Shown in pieces: positions 45,898 through 57,711 of a DNA stretch of 64,000 nucleotides (its first letter is position 1; every line of letters begins with the position of its first letter). The notes below the pieces were generated by a model that had not been told where the DNA came from, did not search any database, and saw nothing but the letters and a program-made list of their open reading frames with translations. The stretch comes from Scenedesmus sp. PABB004 (lineage: Eukaryota), in assembly GCA_014905635.1 (NCBI GenBank), contig JABVCE010000039.1:62001-126000 (forward strand), given 5' to 3'. Made by a program: the position numbers and the translations under genes.

Positions 45898-47595
45898 ATG
45901 GCGTCGACCTTTGACGTCCACCCCGAGCACGTGGCGCTGTCGTTCCTGGTGTCGGCGCTCGTCGCGCCGCCGCCGGCCGAGCTCGGCTGGGGCGCCGGCT
46001 TCGACGGCCCCTCCGCGCAGCGCGACCTCGCGCTGTTCTTGCTGGAGGAGCTGCACGACACGTCACGCCCCGCCCTGACCCCGCTGCCAGCGCTCGTGGC
46101 GCGCCTGCCGGCTGTGCTGGGCCCGGCTGGCGGCGTGCTCGCGCGCGCACTCGTCGGCTCGCTCGCGGGGCTCGCCTCGCCCGACGACCTGGTGAGCGTG
46201 TTTGCGGGCTTCACCGCGCTGCTCGCGCCGCCGGGCACCACGCCGGCGGTGGCGGTCGAGCCGACGGCGATCCCCTACGTCGCCAGCACCAGCCCGCTCG
46301 GCCTCCTCCTGCGCCGCGTGCGCCTCGGCCTCGCCGGCCTCAGCGTCGCGGGCCTGGCGCGCCTCGCCGCCGGCATCGCGGCGCAGCTGGACGAGCTCGC
46401 GGCCGGCCAGCGCGCCGGCGGCGGCGCGACCCGCGGCGGCGGCGGCGGCGGCGCCGCGCTGCGCGACGGCGCGGCGCTGGAGGCGCACCTGAACCGCCTG
46501 CTCGCCGGCGTGGAGAGCGCCGGCCCCGCGCTGCCGGCTGCGGCGGTGGAGGCCGTGGCGGCGCGGCTGGGCGGCGCGGCGGCGGGCGTGGTGCCCAAGC
46601 TGGAGTACCTCCGCGCCGCGGCGGCGCTCGCGGCGCGGGACATGCCCGCGGGGCTGGAAGCGTTGCACCGATACTTTGACAGCACCGGCGGGCCGCCGGG
46701 CGGGCAGGCGGCCGATGGCGGCGCGCTGCCAGGCGCGCCCGTCAGCGGCGGCGGGGGCAGCCGCGGCAAGGCGCGGCACGCGTCGGCCCTGCACTCGCTC
46801 GCGGCGGCGCACGCGGGCCTGGGCCACCCGGCCGAGGCGCGCGCGGCGCTGGCGGAGCTGCTGCGCCAGGCGCAGCAGCAGGGCGACGAGTGGGGCCTCC
46901 TGCACGGCCTGGCGGGGCTGTGCCGCGTAATGGGCCTGGCGGAGGGCCTCGCCGCGCCGCCGGGGCAGGGCGGCGGCGGCGCGGGCTGGGGCCCGCTCGA
47001 CGTGCGGCGCACCGAGCAGCAGCTGCAGCTGCAGGCGCTGCTGCGGCGCTGCCTCAGCACCGCGCGCGACATGCGTGCGCCCCACGTCGCGGCATTTGCG
47101 GCGGTCGCGCTGCTGCGCTTCGCGGCGCAGCACGCCACGGCGAGCGGCGATGGCAGCGAGGCGCCGCCGGGCGGCGACGCCGGCGCCAGCGACGCGGGCG
47201 CCGGCAGCGCGGTGCTGGCGCAGCGCGTGCTGCTGGACGTGGCGACGCTGGAGCACCAGGCCGCCGTCGCCGCCGCCGCGCCCGGCGTGCCGGCGGTCGC
47301 GGCGGCCGCGGCGGCGCCGGGCCAGCAGCCCGGCGGCGCCGCGCTGGCGGGGCGCCGCAGCGAGCTGTACAACCCGGCCGAGGTGTTTGGCACCGGCACC
47401 AGCACTAGCACGCCCGGCAGCGCCGCCGGCGGCGGCCCCAGCAAGCAGCCGCCCGGCATGGGCTGGCGCGCCGCGGCGGCGGCGGTGAGCCAGGCGCTCG
47501 CGACCGCGCACGTGGTCGCGGCGGGCTCGTTCCAGCTCGCGGGCGCGCCCAGCCTGGCGGCGGCGCGGCTGGTCATGCTGCTGACCATGCCGGGC

Positions 47596-47651
<56 letters not shown>

Positions 47652-48696
47652 TGCGGCAGACCGCGCCGCTGCCGGCCCGGCGGCAGCGGAGGGCGGCGAC
47701 GCGCCGCTGGTGCTGGCCGCGCCGGCCGTGGGCGCGACCGGGTGCGGCGTGCGGCACGAGGACCTGGCGGCTGCGTGGGGCCTGCTGGTCGGGCAGGCCG
47801 CGGAGCTGGCGGGCCTGCCCGCGGCACGGCGCGTGCTGGCAATGGCGGCGGCCCACTTCCCCGGGCCGCCGCCGCAGCACCTCGCCGCTGCGGAGCAGCT
47901 GCTCGCGCTGCGGGGCGCGCTCGCGACCGGCGACCTCCCCGCCGCGACGCTGGTGTGCCAGGAGCTGCACAGCCTCGCGCCGCTGGAGCCGGGTCTGGGG
48001 CTGGAGCTGCAGCTGGCGGCTGCCGAGGCCGACGCGCGCGTCGCGGCGGCAGGCGGCTGCGCGCAGGCGGCGCACGACGCCGCCGCTGCTCTCTTTGCCA
48101 CCGCCGCGGCCGTGGGCATGCAGCCCCAGGCCGTCGACGCGCTGCTGCTGATGGGCCGCGCGCGGCTCGACGCCGGCGACGCGGCGGGCGTGCTGCCTTC
48201 CGCGTTGAGCGCTGCGCTGCACTGCGGCCAGCTGGGCCTGGACGCGAAGCTGCCTGCCGCGATGCTGCTGGTCGCGCGCGCGTGGCAGGCGCTCGCGCCG
48301 GGCGGCGCGGGCTTTGCGGCGGCGCTGCTCGGCCAGGTGCTGCCGCTGGGCTGTGCGTGCGGCGGGCTGGAGCTGCGCGGGCAGCTGGAGGAGGCGGCGG
48401 CAGTGGCGGCACTGCAGGCGGCGCAGGAGGGCGAGCGACAGGACGGCGGTGGCGGCGCCGGCACCGCCGCTGCGCGGGCAGCGGACGGCGCGCCCCGGTC
48501 GGTGCTGCTGCGCGCCGCGGCACGGCTGGAGGCGGCTGCGGGGCTGTTTGAGGCTGCAGGCGCGTGGCAGCGAGCGGCCGGCGCGTGCATGCTTCTTTCG
48601 CACGTGTGCAACGCCGCGGGCGACGAGGTGCGGCGCAACGAGGCGGCGGCGCGGTGGCAGGCAGCTCGGGAGCGGCTGGCGGTGGACGACGTGTAA
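45898..48696 (+). CDS. APC5: Anaphase-promoting complex subunit 5-like; intronless, 932 aa
   Basis: SPLGLLLRRVRL; LEYLRA..GLEALHRYFD; ALHSLAAAHAGLGH..ALAELLRQAQQQGD; TPR-like helices; TGTAA overlaps the stop codon. Confidence 0.8.
47595..47650 (+). repeat. (GCG)n poly-alanine tract within APC5
   Basis: Long GCG run encoding about 20 Ala. Confidence 0.9.
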
Positions 48697-49397
48697 AGGC
48701 CACGCGGCGTGCGTTGACAGGTGCGAGACGCATCCGAGGATGCAGTGCCAAAGCAGGACTCTGCACACCCCACCCCTCCAGCGCCAGCGCCAGCACCGCA
48801 CTGTCCAAGTGCTGCCCCACCCCGCCCCGTCCCGCCTCCAAAGGAAGGCCTCTGAGTAGATCATGACCACCTGCCGGCACACACGGCTGCGTGCGGGTGC
48901 GCAGACCAAGTTGACAGAGACAGCGGTTGACACGGCAGACGCCGCCACATCACGAGGAGGGCGCGGGGCCAACAGCCCCAGCGCAGTTGCAACGCGGGCA
49001 TGCACGCACGTGCCGGACCGCAGGGGATGCCAGCGCCACGACCAGCCAGATTCACAGTGGGCCTCTGTTCGTTTTTTTTTGCAACGCTTGGCCAGCATCC
49101 AACCTGCAGGTTCAGCAGGTCCAACCGACGGTGTTGCCGTGCACGCCGCGAGCATCACCGGCCAGCGCTGGCCGGAGAGCTTGCCGCAGGCAGGGCTAAG
49201 AGATCAGGAATGAGAGATCAGAGAAAAGAGAGATAAGGGTTGCAGTGCAGCCGCGGCGCACCGCCGAGGCCGCGGCTGGCGCGCCGCGTGGCATGCGGCC
49301 GAGCTCTTCAATGGTGGTCAAACGAAAGCCTCAACGCTACGGCCCCCAGAGCTCCCCCCTCCCCCGCCAAAGAAAAGCTTTTCCCCCAATCGTCCCG

Positions 49398-50675
49398 TCA
49401 CGCGTCGCGCGCCTGCTCCCCGCAGCTGCCAGCGACGCCCGCGGCCAGCGCAGCGGCCGCGCCCGGCAGGCTGCCCGACCCTGCAGGCGCCAGGGCGGCG
49501 GCGTTGTTGGCCGTCCCGCTCGAGGAGCGGAGCCACTCCGGGGCGTCACCCGGTGTCAGGGCAGCATCCCATGCAGCCGCCTGCTGCGCCGCAAAGGGGT
49601 GCGCCAGGGCGGCAGCGGCCTCCGCGTCAGCCGCCCCCGCGAGCGCTGCCGCCGCCACCGCGGCGTTGCTGCTGACGCGCGCCGCCAGCAGGTCGCCGTG
49701 TGTGCCGCCCAGCTCCGCGGCGGGACGCTTTGCGGGGCGCGGCTCAGCTCCCTCCTGGTCCGGCGCCACCCCGCACACGTCCGGCGGCGCCGGGCTGAGC
49801 TGCGCTGGCTGGCCGCTCACCGCCCCGACGGCTGCCCCAATGGCCGCCATCGCCGCCGCCAGTGCAGACGGCTCGGGCGAGAGCCGCTTGCGCCCAGCCA
49901 GTACCTGCAGCGTGGCGGCGCCCAGCACGTCGGCGGCGCTCACCGAGCCGCCGCCCGTGAGCTGCGCCGACACAGTCGACGGTCCCGCATCAGCGTGCGG
50001 CTGCTCCTGCTGCTGCAGCTGCGCCTCAAGCTGCGCCTGGAGCTGCTGCAGGCAGCACAGCTTGTGGCGCTGCACGCTGCGCAGAGCCTCTGCTGCGGGG
50101 GGCGCGCGGGACCCCGCCTGCAGCAGCTGCTCGTGCTGGCTGTGCCACTCCTGAAGCTGCGCCAGCGTCTGCCCCTGAACCAGGAATGCAGCCACCGCGC
50201 CGGCATCGCCGTCCGCCGCCGCGCCGCTCGCCACTGGCGGCGGCACGCCTTCGACGCCGCTGGGCTGCCGCTGGCCCACGACCGAGGCGTCCGAGCTGCT
50301 CCGCCCCAGCCGCCGCGAAGTGGCCGCCGCCACGGCGGCGAGGAGCTGCTGCTGCTGCACAAATGGCGGCGCCACGGGCTGCGCCGACGGCGGCTCCCAC
50401 TGCGCACGGTCGCCGTCGCCGTCGCTGCGCTGCCGCAGCTTTTCCAGCACCGCCAGGACGTCTGTGAGAAGGCGCCCGTCGCCGGCCGACGTGGTGCTGC
50501 TGCTCGCCGCAGCAAAGCATTGCGCGAGGCGGCCAAGCATGCTGGCCGTGCTGCTGGCCTCGACGGCGTGCGCCCCCTGCGCCAGGTGCTGCGGCTGGGC
50601 ATTGGGCGCGCCGGCGGCCTCGCTCGCCGCCCATAGGCTTGCGCTGCTGAAGGGCGATGCCTCGGCCAGCTGCCA

Positions 50676-50714
<39 letters not shown>

Positions 50715-52576
50715 CTGCTGGTGCTGCTGCAGCTGCAGCAGCTGGCGCTGGCGATGGTGCCATTGCTGCACCTGCGCCAGCTGCTGCTCCAGCCCGCCGT
50801 CCTGCCCCTCCGGCTCCTCTGGCTGCAGCAGCTGCGGCCAGCCCGGCGCTGCGCTGAGCGTGGAGCCGTGGCGGCTGGGCGCGCGGTGCCTCCCCTGCAA
50901 CCGCTCGTCCGCCGACGTGACCGTGCGCAGCGGCCGCGCCAGCTGCTCGCCCGAGGGCAGCGCCTGCAGGCCGCTGCCCAGCGTCAGCGCCGGCGGCGGG
51001 CCTGCCGGCGCCGAGTGGATGCGGCGGCCCGGCATCTGCGGCGACGGCTGCTGGCTGGCCTTTTTGAAGAACTCGTGCCGCACCGTGAGCTTGCGGGAGC
51101 TGGAGAGGTCCGCGTCGCGCGCCCACATGGTGGGCGCCGGCGCCGGCGCCTGCGCCTGCGGCTGGCGCGGCGCGCGCAGGCCCTCGCCGCCCGACCCCAG
51201 GCGCGGGAGTGCGCCCGCCGGCAGCGCAGAGCACGGCTGGCGCTGCCGGTTCAACGGCGGCTGCATGGCAGGCCCCGACCAGGTGCGCGGCGTGCCGCCG
51301 TCGCCGGCGCTGCCGCCGTGGCTGCCCGCGTCCGGGCTGAGCACGGCCGCCGCGGCCCCATCGCCGGACAACGCGCGGCGCTGGCCCGGCGCGAGCAGCG
51401 CCTTGATGCTGGGCGGCATGACGGCGCCGCTGGCGGCCGCCGCGGCGAGGCCAAAGTTGGTCACGGCGCGTCCGCCAAAAAGCAGGAGCGCCGCTGCGTC
51501 AAAGTGCTGCGCCGCGATCACCTCGTCGGTGAACCTGCGCGGCGCGGTGCGCGTCGGCGGGCGCGCGGCGCGTCGGCGGGCACCTCCCTGCACGCCTCAC
51601 GCCCGCGCGCGCCGCTCGCGCGCGCCGCCCGGCGCCCCGCTCGCGCGCACGCGCGCGCGCCTGCCGATGTGGTGCTGCTTGCCCTGGTAGTGGATGCGCA
51701 CGCGCCAGCGCCCGTCCTTGCGGTCCCAGGTGAGCCCCCGGTACGCCGAGCGCCGGCCGGCGGCGCCGCCCGCGTCGGCACCGCCCCCGTCGGCGCCCGC
51801 ATCAGCGCCGTCGCCCTCGCCCTCGCCCTCGCCCGGCGCGCCCGACGACAGGGTGCCCTCGCCGTCCGAGGGCTGCTGCGCGGGCAGCTCGGCGGGCCCC
51901 GCCGCCGCCGGCGACGACGCGCCCTGCTGCAGCGCCTGCAGCCGCTCCCACATGGCCTGCAGCGTGCGCACCTGCCCGTCCGGCTCGGCCGCGTCCAGCT
52001 GCTGGCCGCCCGCCAGCGGCTGCCGCGCCTGGACCCCGAGGGGCGGGCCGCCGGCCGCCAGGCGCGCCGCGACGCGCAGCTGCAGCTCCTGCAGCAGCTG
52101 GGCCGAGGCGCGCGGGCTGTCCGCCGCGGCGCCGAGCGCCCGGGCCAGCGCGGCCAGGCGGCTCGCCGTGCGGCCCGCCGCCTCCTCGGCGGCGGGCGCG
52201 GCGTTGCCGGCAGCTGCGTCCAGGCCGGGCGGCGGCAGCTCGCCGGCGGCAGCGCCGGTGGCAGCGGCGGTGGCCCTGGGGTCGCCCCTCGGGCCCGTGC
52301 CTGCCGCTGCAGCTGCCTCCGCGGCTGCCGCTGGCGGCGGCCGTGCCGCGGCCCCGCGCCGCACGCGTCCGCGGCGCGCGCGTTGCGCGGCTCCGCGGCC
52401 GGGGTGGCCGCTGCGGGCCCCATCTCTCCGCTCATGCGGCCGACCAGGGCTTTGCACGCCCCGCCGCGCCCGGCCGGCAGCGGGCGCAGCAGCCGCGCGC
52501 GCCGCGCGCGCCGCTCGCCGGGGGCCTGCGCGCGGCGGCGCGTGAGCGCGTGAGGCAGGCGCGTGGCTCACTTCAT
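49398..52576 (-). CDS. AP2/ERF-domain transcription factor with polyQ tract; 5' end uncertain
   Basis: SAYRGLTWDRKDGRWRVRIHYQGKQHHIG/RFTDEVIAAQHFDAAALLLFGGRAVTNF, split by an intron at ~51534-51660; long low-complexity C-terminal exon. Confidence 0.82.
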
Positions 52577-53511
52577 GTCGCGTGCACGCGGCGGCCGGGC
52601 GCGCGGTGCTGGCACACTGGCTGGGCGCTTGCCGATGGACACTGTCCCACCTGCGAGCCGCGGGCAGCGCCGCTCTTGACGGGCGCCGAGGTGTGCAGGG
52701 CAGCGGTGGCGCTCTCGGCGGCTCCGCGGCCGGCGATGTAATGGCGGCCTGGCGTCTCGCGCGGCTCGGCGGTGGGGATCTCTCTGCGGCTGCCCAGGCG
52801 CGGTGCAGCCAGGGGAGCTGCTCGCTCGCGCCGCCGACGACTCTAAAGCTTGAATGGTTTCCGTGGGAGGCGGCGCGGGGGCGGGGCGAGCGGGAGCTGC
52901 GGGTCGGGACCCTGGGCTCCTTTCTCGCAGTGCGAACTTAGTGGAACACGCGCTGACCGCGGCCCGTCCCGGCGCTACCCCGGGTCGCGGGATGTGGGCG
53001 CCGGCGGTTTTCTTGATCGTGCGCGTTCGCCTCGCTACAGCCCGGCCCCGCCCGGCGGCATGCAGGCGCGAGCGTGCAGGCGCGAGGCATGCCGGCCTCG
53101 CCGCCCTCGGCAGCCCCAGCGCCCCCGCCCAGGTGTAAATGCAGCCCCACGCCGTCGCTGACTCGGCGCTGGCGCGCAGTGCCGGCGTCGAGCACGCCCG
53201 CGGCGCCGAGCTGGGGGAGGCCGCGGCCGCCGCGGCGGTCGTCGCTGCGGACGCCACCGCCGCAGCGGCCGCCGCGACGCCGCCGGCCGCGCCGCCGCCG
53301 GCGGTTTTCTTGAGCGGCACAACCTGCGCAGAGGCGCGGTGTGCGCATCGCGGGCGGCGCACGGCAGCAGCGGCGGCCGCGGTGACGCCCGGTGACACTG
53401 GCCAACGCGTGCCCCCGACCCCAGCACGGTGCGCGGTGTGCGGAGGTTTGTGCAGGGAAAGCACCGGCGTCGGCACGCAGGCACGCGCCGCTGCGGCGCG
53501 CGCCCCCGAGG

Positions 53512-53543
<32 letters not shown>

Positions 53544-53936
53544 ATGCGCCCGGCGGCGCATCCGGCGCCGCGCTCCGCGACGCTCGCGCTCGGACGCTGC
53601 AGGTCCCGCACTGCAGGCCGTTTCCTCGCGAGGCTTCGATGCGTGGCGGCGCCGCTGTTACCCGAAAAACCGCCACCGCCGCCGGCGCCGCGCTGCAGGA
53701 CCAACGGGCCCGCTTTTCACGCCGCGCCGACTCAGCGCGCGTCCACACGCCTGCGAACGACGCCCGCGCGCACGGCAGCGCCCCGCGGAAACGAAGAGTG
53801 AACGCGTGCTGTTGCCGGCGGCCGAGCATCGTGGTGCGGCCTCGCGGAGCCGCCAGGCGCCGCCCACAGCTGGTTCGTTGCTTGAGCAACTCGCAGCGCC
53901 GCCTGGATCGGCCGGCGGGGCAGCGGCCGCGCCAGG

Positions 53937-54433
53937 ATGCGGCCGCGCGGCCTTCTGCTGCTGGGGCTGGTGTGCGCGGCGGGCGCGGCCCGGCTCGCGG
54001 CCGCGGGAAAGGACGCTGATGCGTGGAAGAGCCAGGTCATCTACTTCCTGCTCACCGATCGCTACGCCCAGGCGCCCGGGTCGACGCCGGGCGGGCCCTG
54101 CAAGCTCACGGGCTGGAACAACGGTGCGCCTGTGTTAGTTCAGAGGCCCAGGACCCCGGCCAGCGCGTGGCGGTGGCGCCGGCGCGGCGGCGCGGCGGCA
54201 CCCTTGCGCCGCCGCTGCCGCGCGCGCCGCGGCGCCAGCAACGCCGCGCAGCGCGCCGGGCGCGCGTGCCGCGGCGCCCCAAGCGCCCTGCGTCGCGGCT
54301 GGGTCGCTGCGGCCCACGGGGTTTCGGCCGCTGACGCCGCGGGGCGCGGCGGTGCGCGCAGGCACGTGGTCGGGCATCACGCACAACCTCGATGCCATCA
54401 AGGACATGGGCATGACCGCGGTGCGTGCGTGTG

Positions 54434-54496
<63 letters not shown>

Positions 54497-54512
54497 CGTG
54501 CGTGCGTGCGTG

Positions 54513-54544
<32 letters not shown>

Positions 54545-56901
54545 TGTGTGCGTGTGTGTGTGTGTGTGTGTTTGTGGGAGAGTGGGTGGCTGGGAGGGGA
54601 GCTGCTGAGCGGCGCAGCAGCGCGCAGCCCCGCGGCAGCCTGCGCGCAGGCTGCCCGCGCCCGCGCTGACGCGTCCGGGGGCGCCTCGCACCGCCGCCGC
54701 CCGCTGGCCGCCAGGTGTGGATCACGCCCATTCCCAAGCAGGTCGAGGGGGAGTACTTTGGAGAGACGGGCTACCACGGTGCGACGCGCGGCGCGCGGCG
54801 CAGAGGGCCACGCGCGACGCGTCGGCGCGACGCGTCTGGCGCGGCCGCCCGAGCCCCCCGCCGCGCGCGCGCGCCGCCGCCGCCGCCGCCGCCGCAGGCT
54901 ACTGGGCGGCCGAGTGGGACAAGCTGGAGCCGCACTACGGGTCGGAGGCGGACCTGCTGGAGCTGCTCAAGACGGCAAAGGCCAAGGGTGCGCACGCGCG
55001 GGCGCGCTCGCTGCGGCGGCCCCGGCTCTCGCCCTGACCCGGGCAGGGGGGCTCCGAGCAGCGCCGACGGCGGCGCGCCCCGCCCCGCATCTGCACCCCC
55101 TGGTCACCGCCCCCCCCCCCCAGGCGTGATGACGATGCTGGACGTCGTGGCCAACCACGTGGGGCCGGTCGGGTACAACTACAGCTCGATCCGGCCCTTC
55201 AACCGCCCCGAGCACTACCACAACTGCACGCCGGGTTGCGACCAGTGGTGCAGCATCCCGCAATCGGCGTACGAGAGCAAGCCCCAGAACTACGACCTCA
55301 TCACGCGCTGCCGCCTGCAGAGCCTGCCAGACCTCAACCAGAGCGTGCCGTACGTGCACGACGCGCTCATCGACTGGCTGCGGACCACCGTCAAAAAGTA
55401 TGACTTTGACGGCCTCCGCATCGACACGGTCAAGCACGTGGAGCCGGTGCGGCACGGGGCCCCGCCCCCGCCGCCGCCGCGCGCAGCCGCCCTCCTCCCT
55501 GCGCGCGCGCGCCGCGTGCGCGCGCCGCCGTCGCCGAGCGCCGCCGCGCCGCCCCCGCCGCCGGGCGCAGTCGTTCTGGCGCGACTTCACCGCCGCGGCG
55601 GGGCGCTTCACGCTGGGCGAGGTGCTCAACCCGGACGTGGAGACGCTCGTGCCGTTTGTGTCGGGCCCGCGCCCCGCGTCCGACAGCGTGCTCAACTTTC
55701 CCCTCTTCTATGCCCTCACCGACGCGTTCGCCAAGGGCGGCGACATGACCAAGTGAGTCCGCGCGGGGCGGGCGCGGGCGCGGGCGCGGGCTCGGGGAGG
55801 GGTGACCAGGGTGCGCCCCGGGCCGGCGGCCCCGCGCGCCGCCGCTCTCTGGTGCGACGCCCGACGCCGCGGCGCCCGCCCGCGCGCGCCGCAGGCTGGC
55901 GTGGGAGCGCGGGCGTCAGTACGGCGTGCTCGGGCGGGAGGTGGTGAGCACGATGGGCAACTTTGTGGACAACCACGACTTCCCCCGCTTCCTCACCGTC
56001 CAGCCCGACAAGCGCCGCCTCGCCAACGCGCTGACCTGGGTGCGCCGCGCTGCACTTGCGCGGACGCACGCACGCACACGCACGTGACGCACGTGACGCA
56101 CACACGCACACACGTGACACACGCGACACACGCGCACGCGGCAGGTGCTCATGGCGGAGGGCCTGCCCGTCATCTACTACGGCACCGCCTCGGGCGCGAC
56201 CGGCGTCGTCGCGGGCGGCGCCAACCGGCGCTGCCTGTGGGAGATGCCCTACAACACCTCCTCGCCCCTCTACACGACCATCGAGCGCCTCGCAAAGTGC
56301 GCGCACCGCCCGCGCCCGCGCCCGCACACCGCGGCGCCCGCGCCCGCGCTCTGGCCGACCGCACCGCGCCCGCGCTATGGCCGACCCCGCGCGTCACGTC
56401 GCGCGCCGCGGCAGGTTCCGCACCGCCAACAAGGTCTGGCGCGAGCCGGAGACGACCCTGACGGCGACAAAGGACTGCCACGTGTTCTCGCGCGGCCCCG
56501 GCGTGCTCGTCGCGACGACCAACGTCGGCGCCGGCAAGGACGTGACGTGCAGCGTGCAGCTGCCCGCCAACTCGACGCTGCTCACGGGCGGCGTGGCGGG
56601 CGTGCAGGACGTGCTGCCCACGCCGGCGGGCCACTCCAACGGCCTCGTCTGGTTCCCCGACACCCGCCGCCTCACGATCCGCCTGACCGACGGCGCGCCG
56701 CGCGTGCTGACCAACCGCGCCGCGGTGCTGCCGCGCCGGCTCGAGGGCACGGCGCCCGCTGCGCTGGCAAACGCGTGCCCGGGCGACGGCAACCAGTGCG
56801 CCACGGCGGCGCCGGCGCCGCCGACCAACGAGGCCATCCTGGCCAAGCTGCCGGCCTGCTTTGTCGCGCTCGCTGTGTTTGTCGCGGCGCTGCTGCTGTG
56901 A
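53937..56901 (+). CDS. Secreted alpha-amylase (GH13, Taka/fungal-like type) with hydrophobic C-terminal anchor; 8 introns
   Basis: Signal peptide; [67 protein letters not shown]; tail [17 protein letters not shown]. Confidence 0.93.
54421..54570. repeat. Compound (GT)n/(GCGT)n microsatellite in an amylase intron
   Basis: About 150 bp of tg and gcgt repeats starting at the intron donor. Confidence 0.95.
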
Positions 56902-57711
56902 GCGCGCGCCCCGGCGGCGCCGGCGCCGGCGCCTGCAGCGGCGCCGGCGACCGCGGCATTTGATGCAGGAGGCGCGCACGTGGCGCCGCGACCGGACGGC
57001 GGGCGGCGCGCGGCGGCTGCCTGCGCCGCCGCCCGCGGCGCGCCACGCCCGCGCCCTTCCTATCATTGCAGCTGCTTGGCTGCGTGTGCTGCAGCAGGGC
57101 CGGGGGCGCGGTGCACAGCCCAGCTTCAGTTTGGGCGCACTGCCGAACAGCAACCCAATCTCCGCAGGCGTCAATGGGGGGCGCGCTGTGCGCCCTGGGA
57201 CGTGCGGCGGGCAGGAGTGGCGCCCGGGCGCTCGAGGCGCAGCGTGACTCGCTCCAGTTGGTAGGGGTGTGGGGGCGCCAGCTAGCTAGATCATCGCATG
57301 GGGCTGGGTGCACTGGCCCCCGGGCGCGGCGGCGGCGCACGCCCCCGCGGCGCCGGCCGGCCGCCCAGGCCGAGAACGGCCGCGCCCGCGTGTCGCTGAC
57401 CGCGGCGGCGCTGGCAGGTCGGGGCGCGCCCGTCCGCGGCCGCGGGCGGCGTGGGGCGGGGATGGGGTCGACGGGCGGGCGGGCAGGTCTGTGCTCAGTG
57501 CACGAGAGGACTGTGGTGTGCATCGCTTGTCGCCGCCGCAGCGCGCACCGGCCGTCGGTTGCTGGCGGCTGCGGCGCGGATTGATTGATTGGGGCAGTTG
57601 CAACCACCACGTCCGCCGCCGCCGCGGCGCGCGCCACGCCGCCGGCCGCTCCCCGCCCCGCCCAGCCCGCATCCTGCGCACCGCCACCCACCCTCCTCCC
57701 GCTCCCTCCCG

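Noticed and set aside
54352..54737. ORFs encoding CVCVCV or HTHTHT tracts
   Set aside because: They are translations of an intronic (GT)n microsatellite
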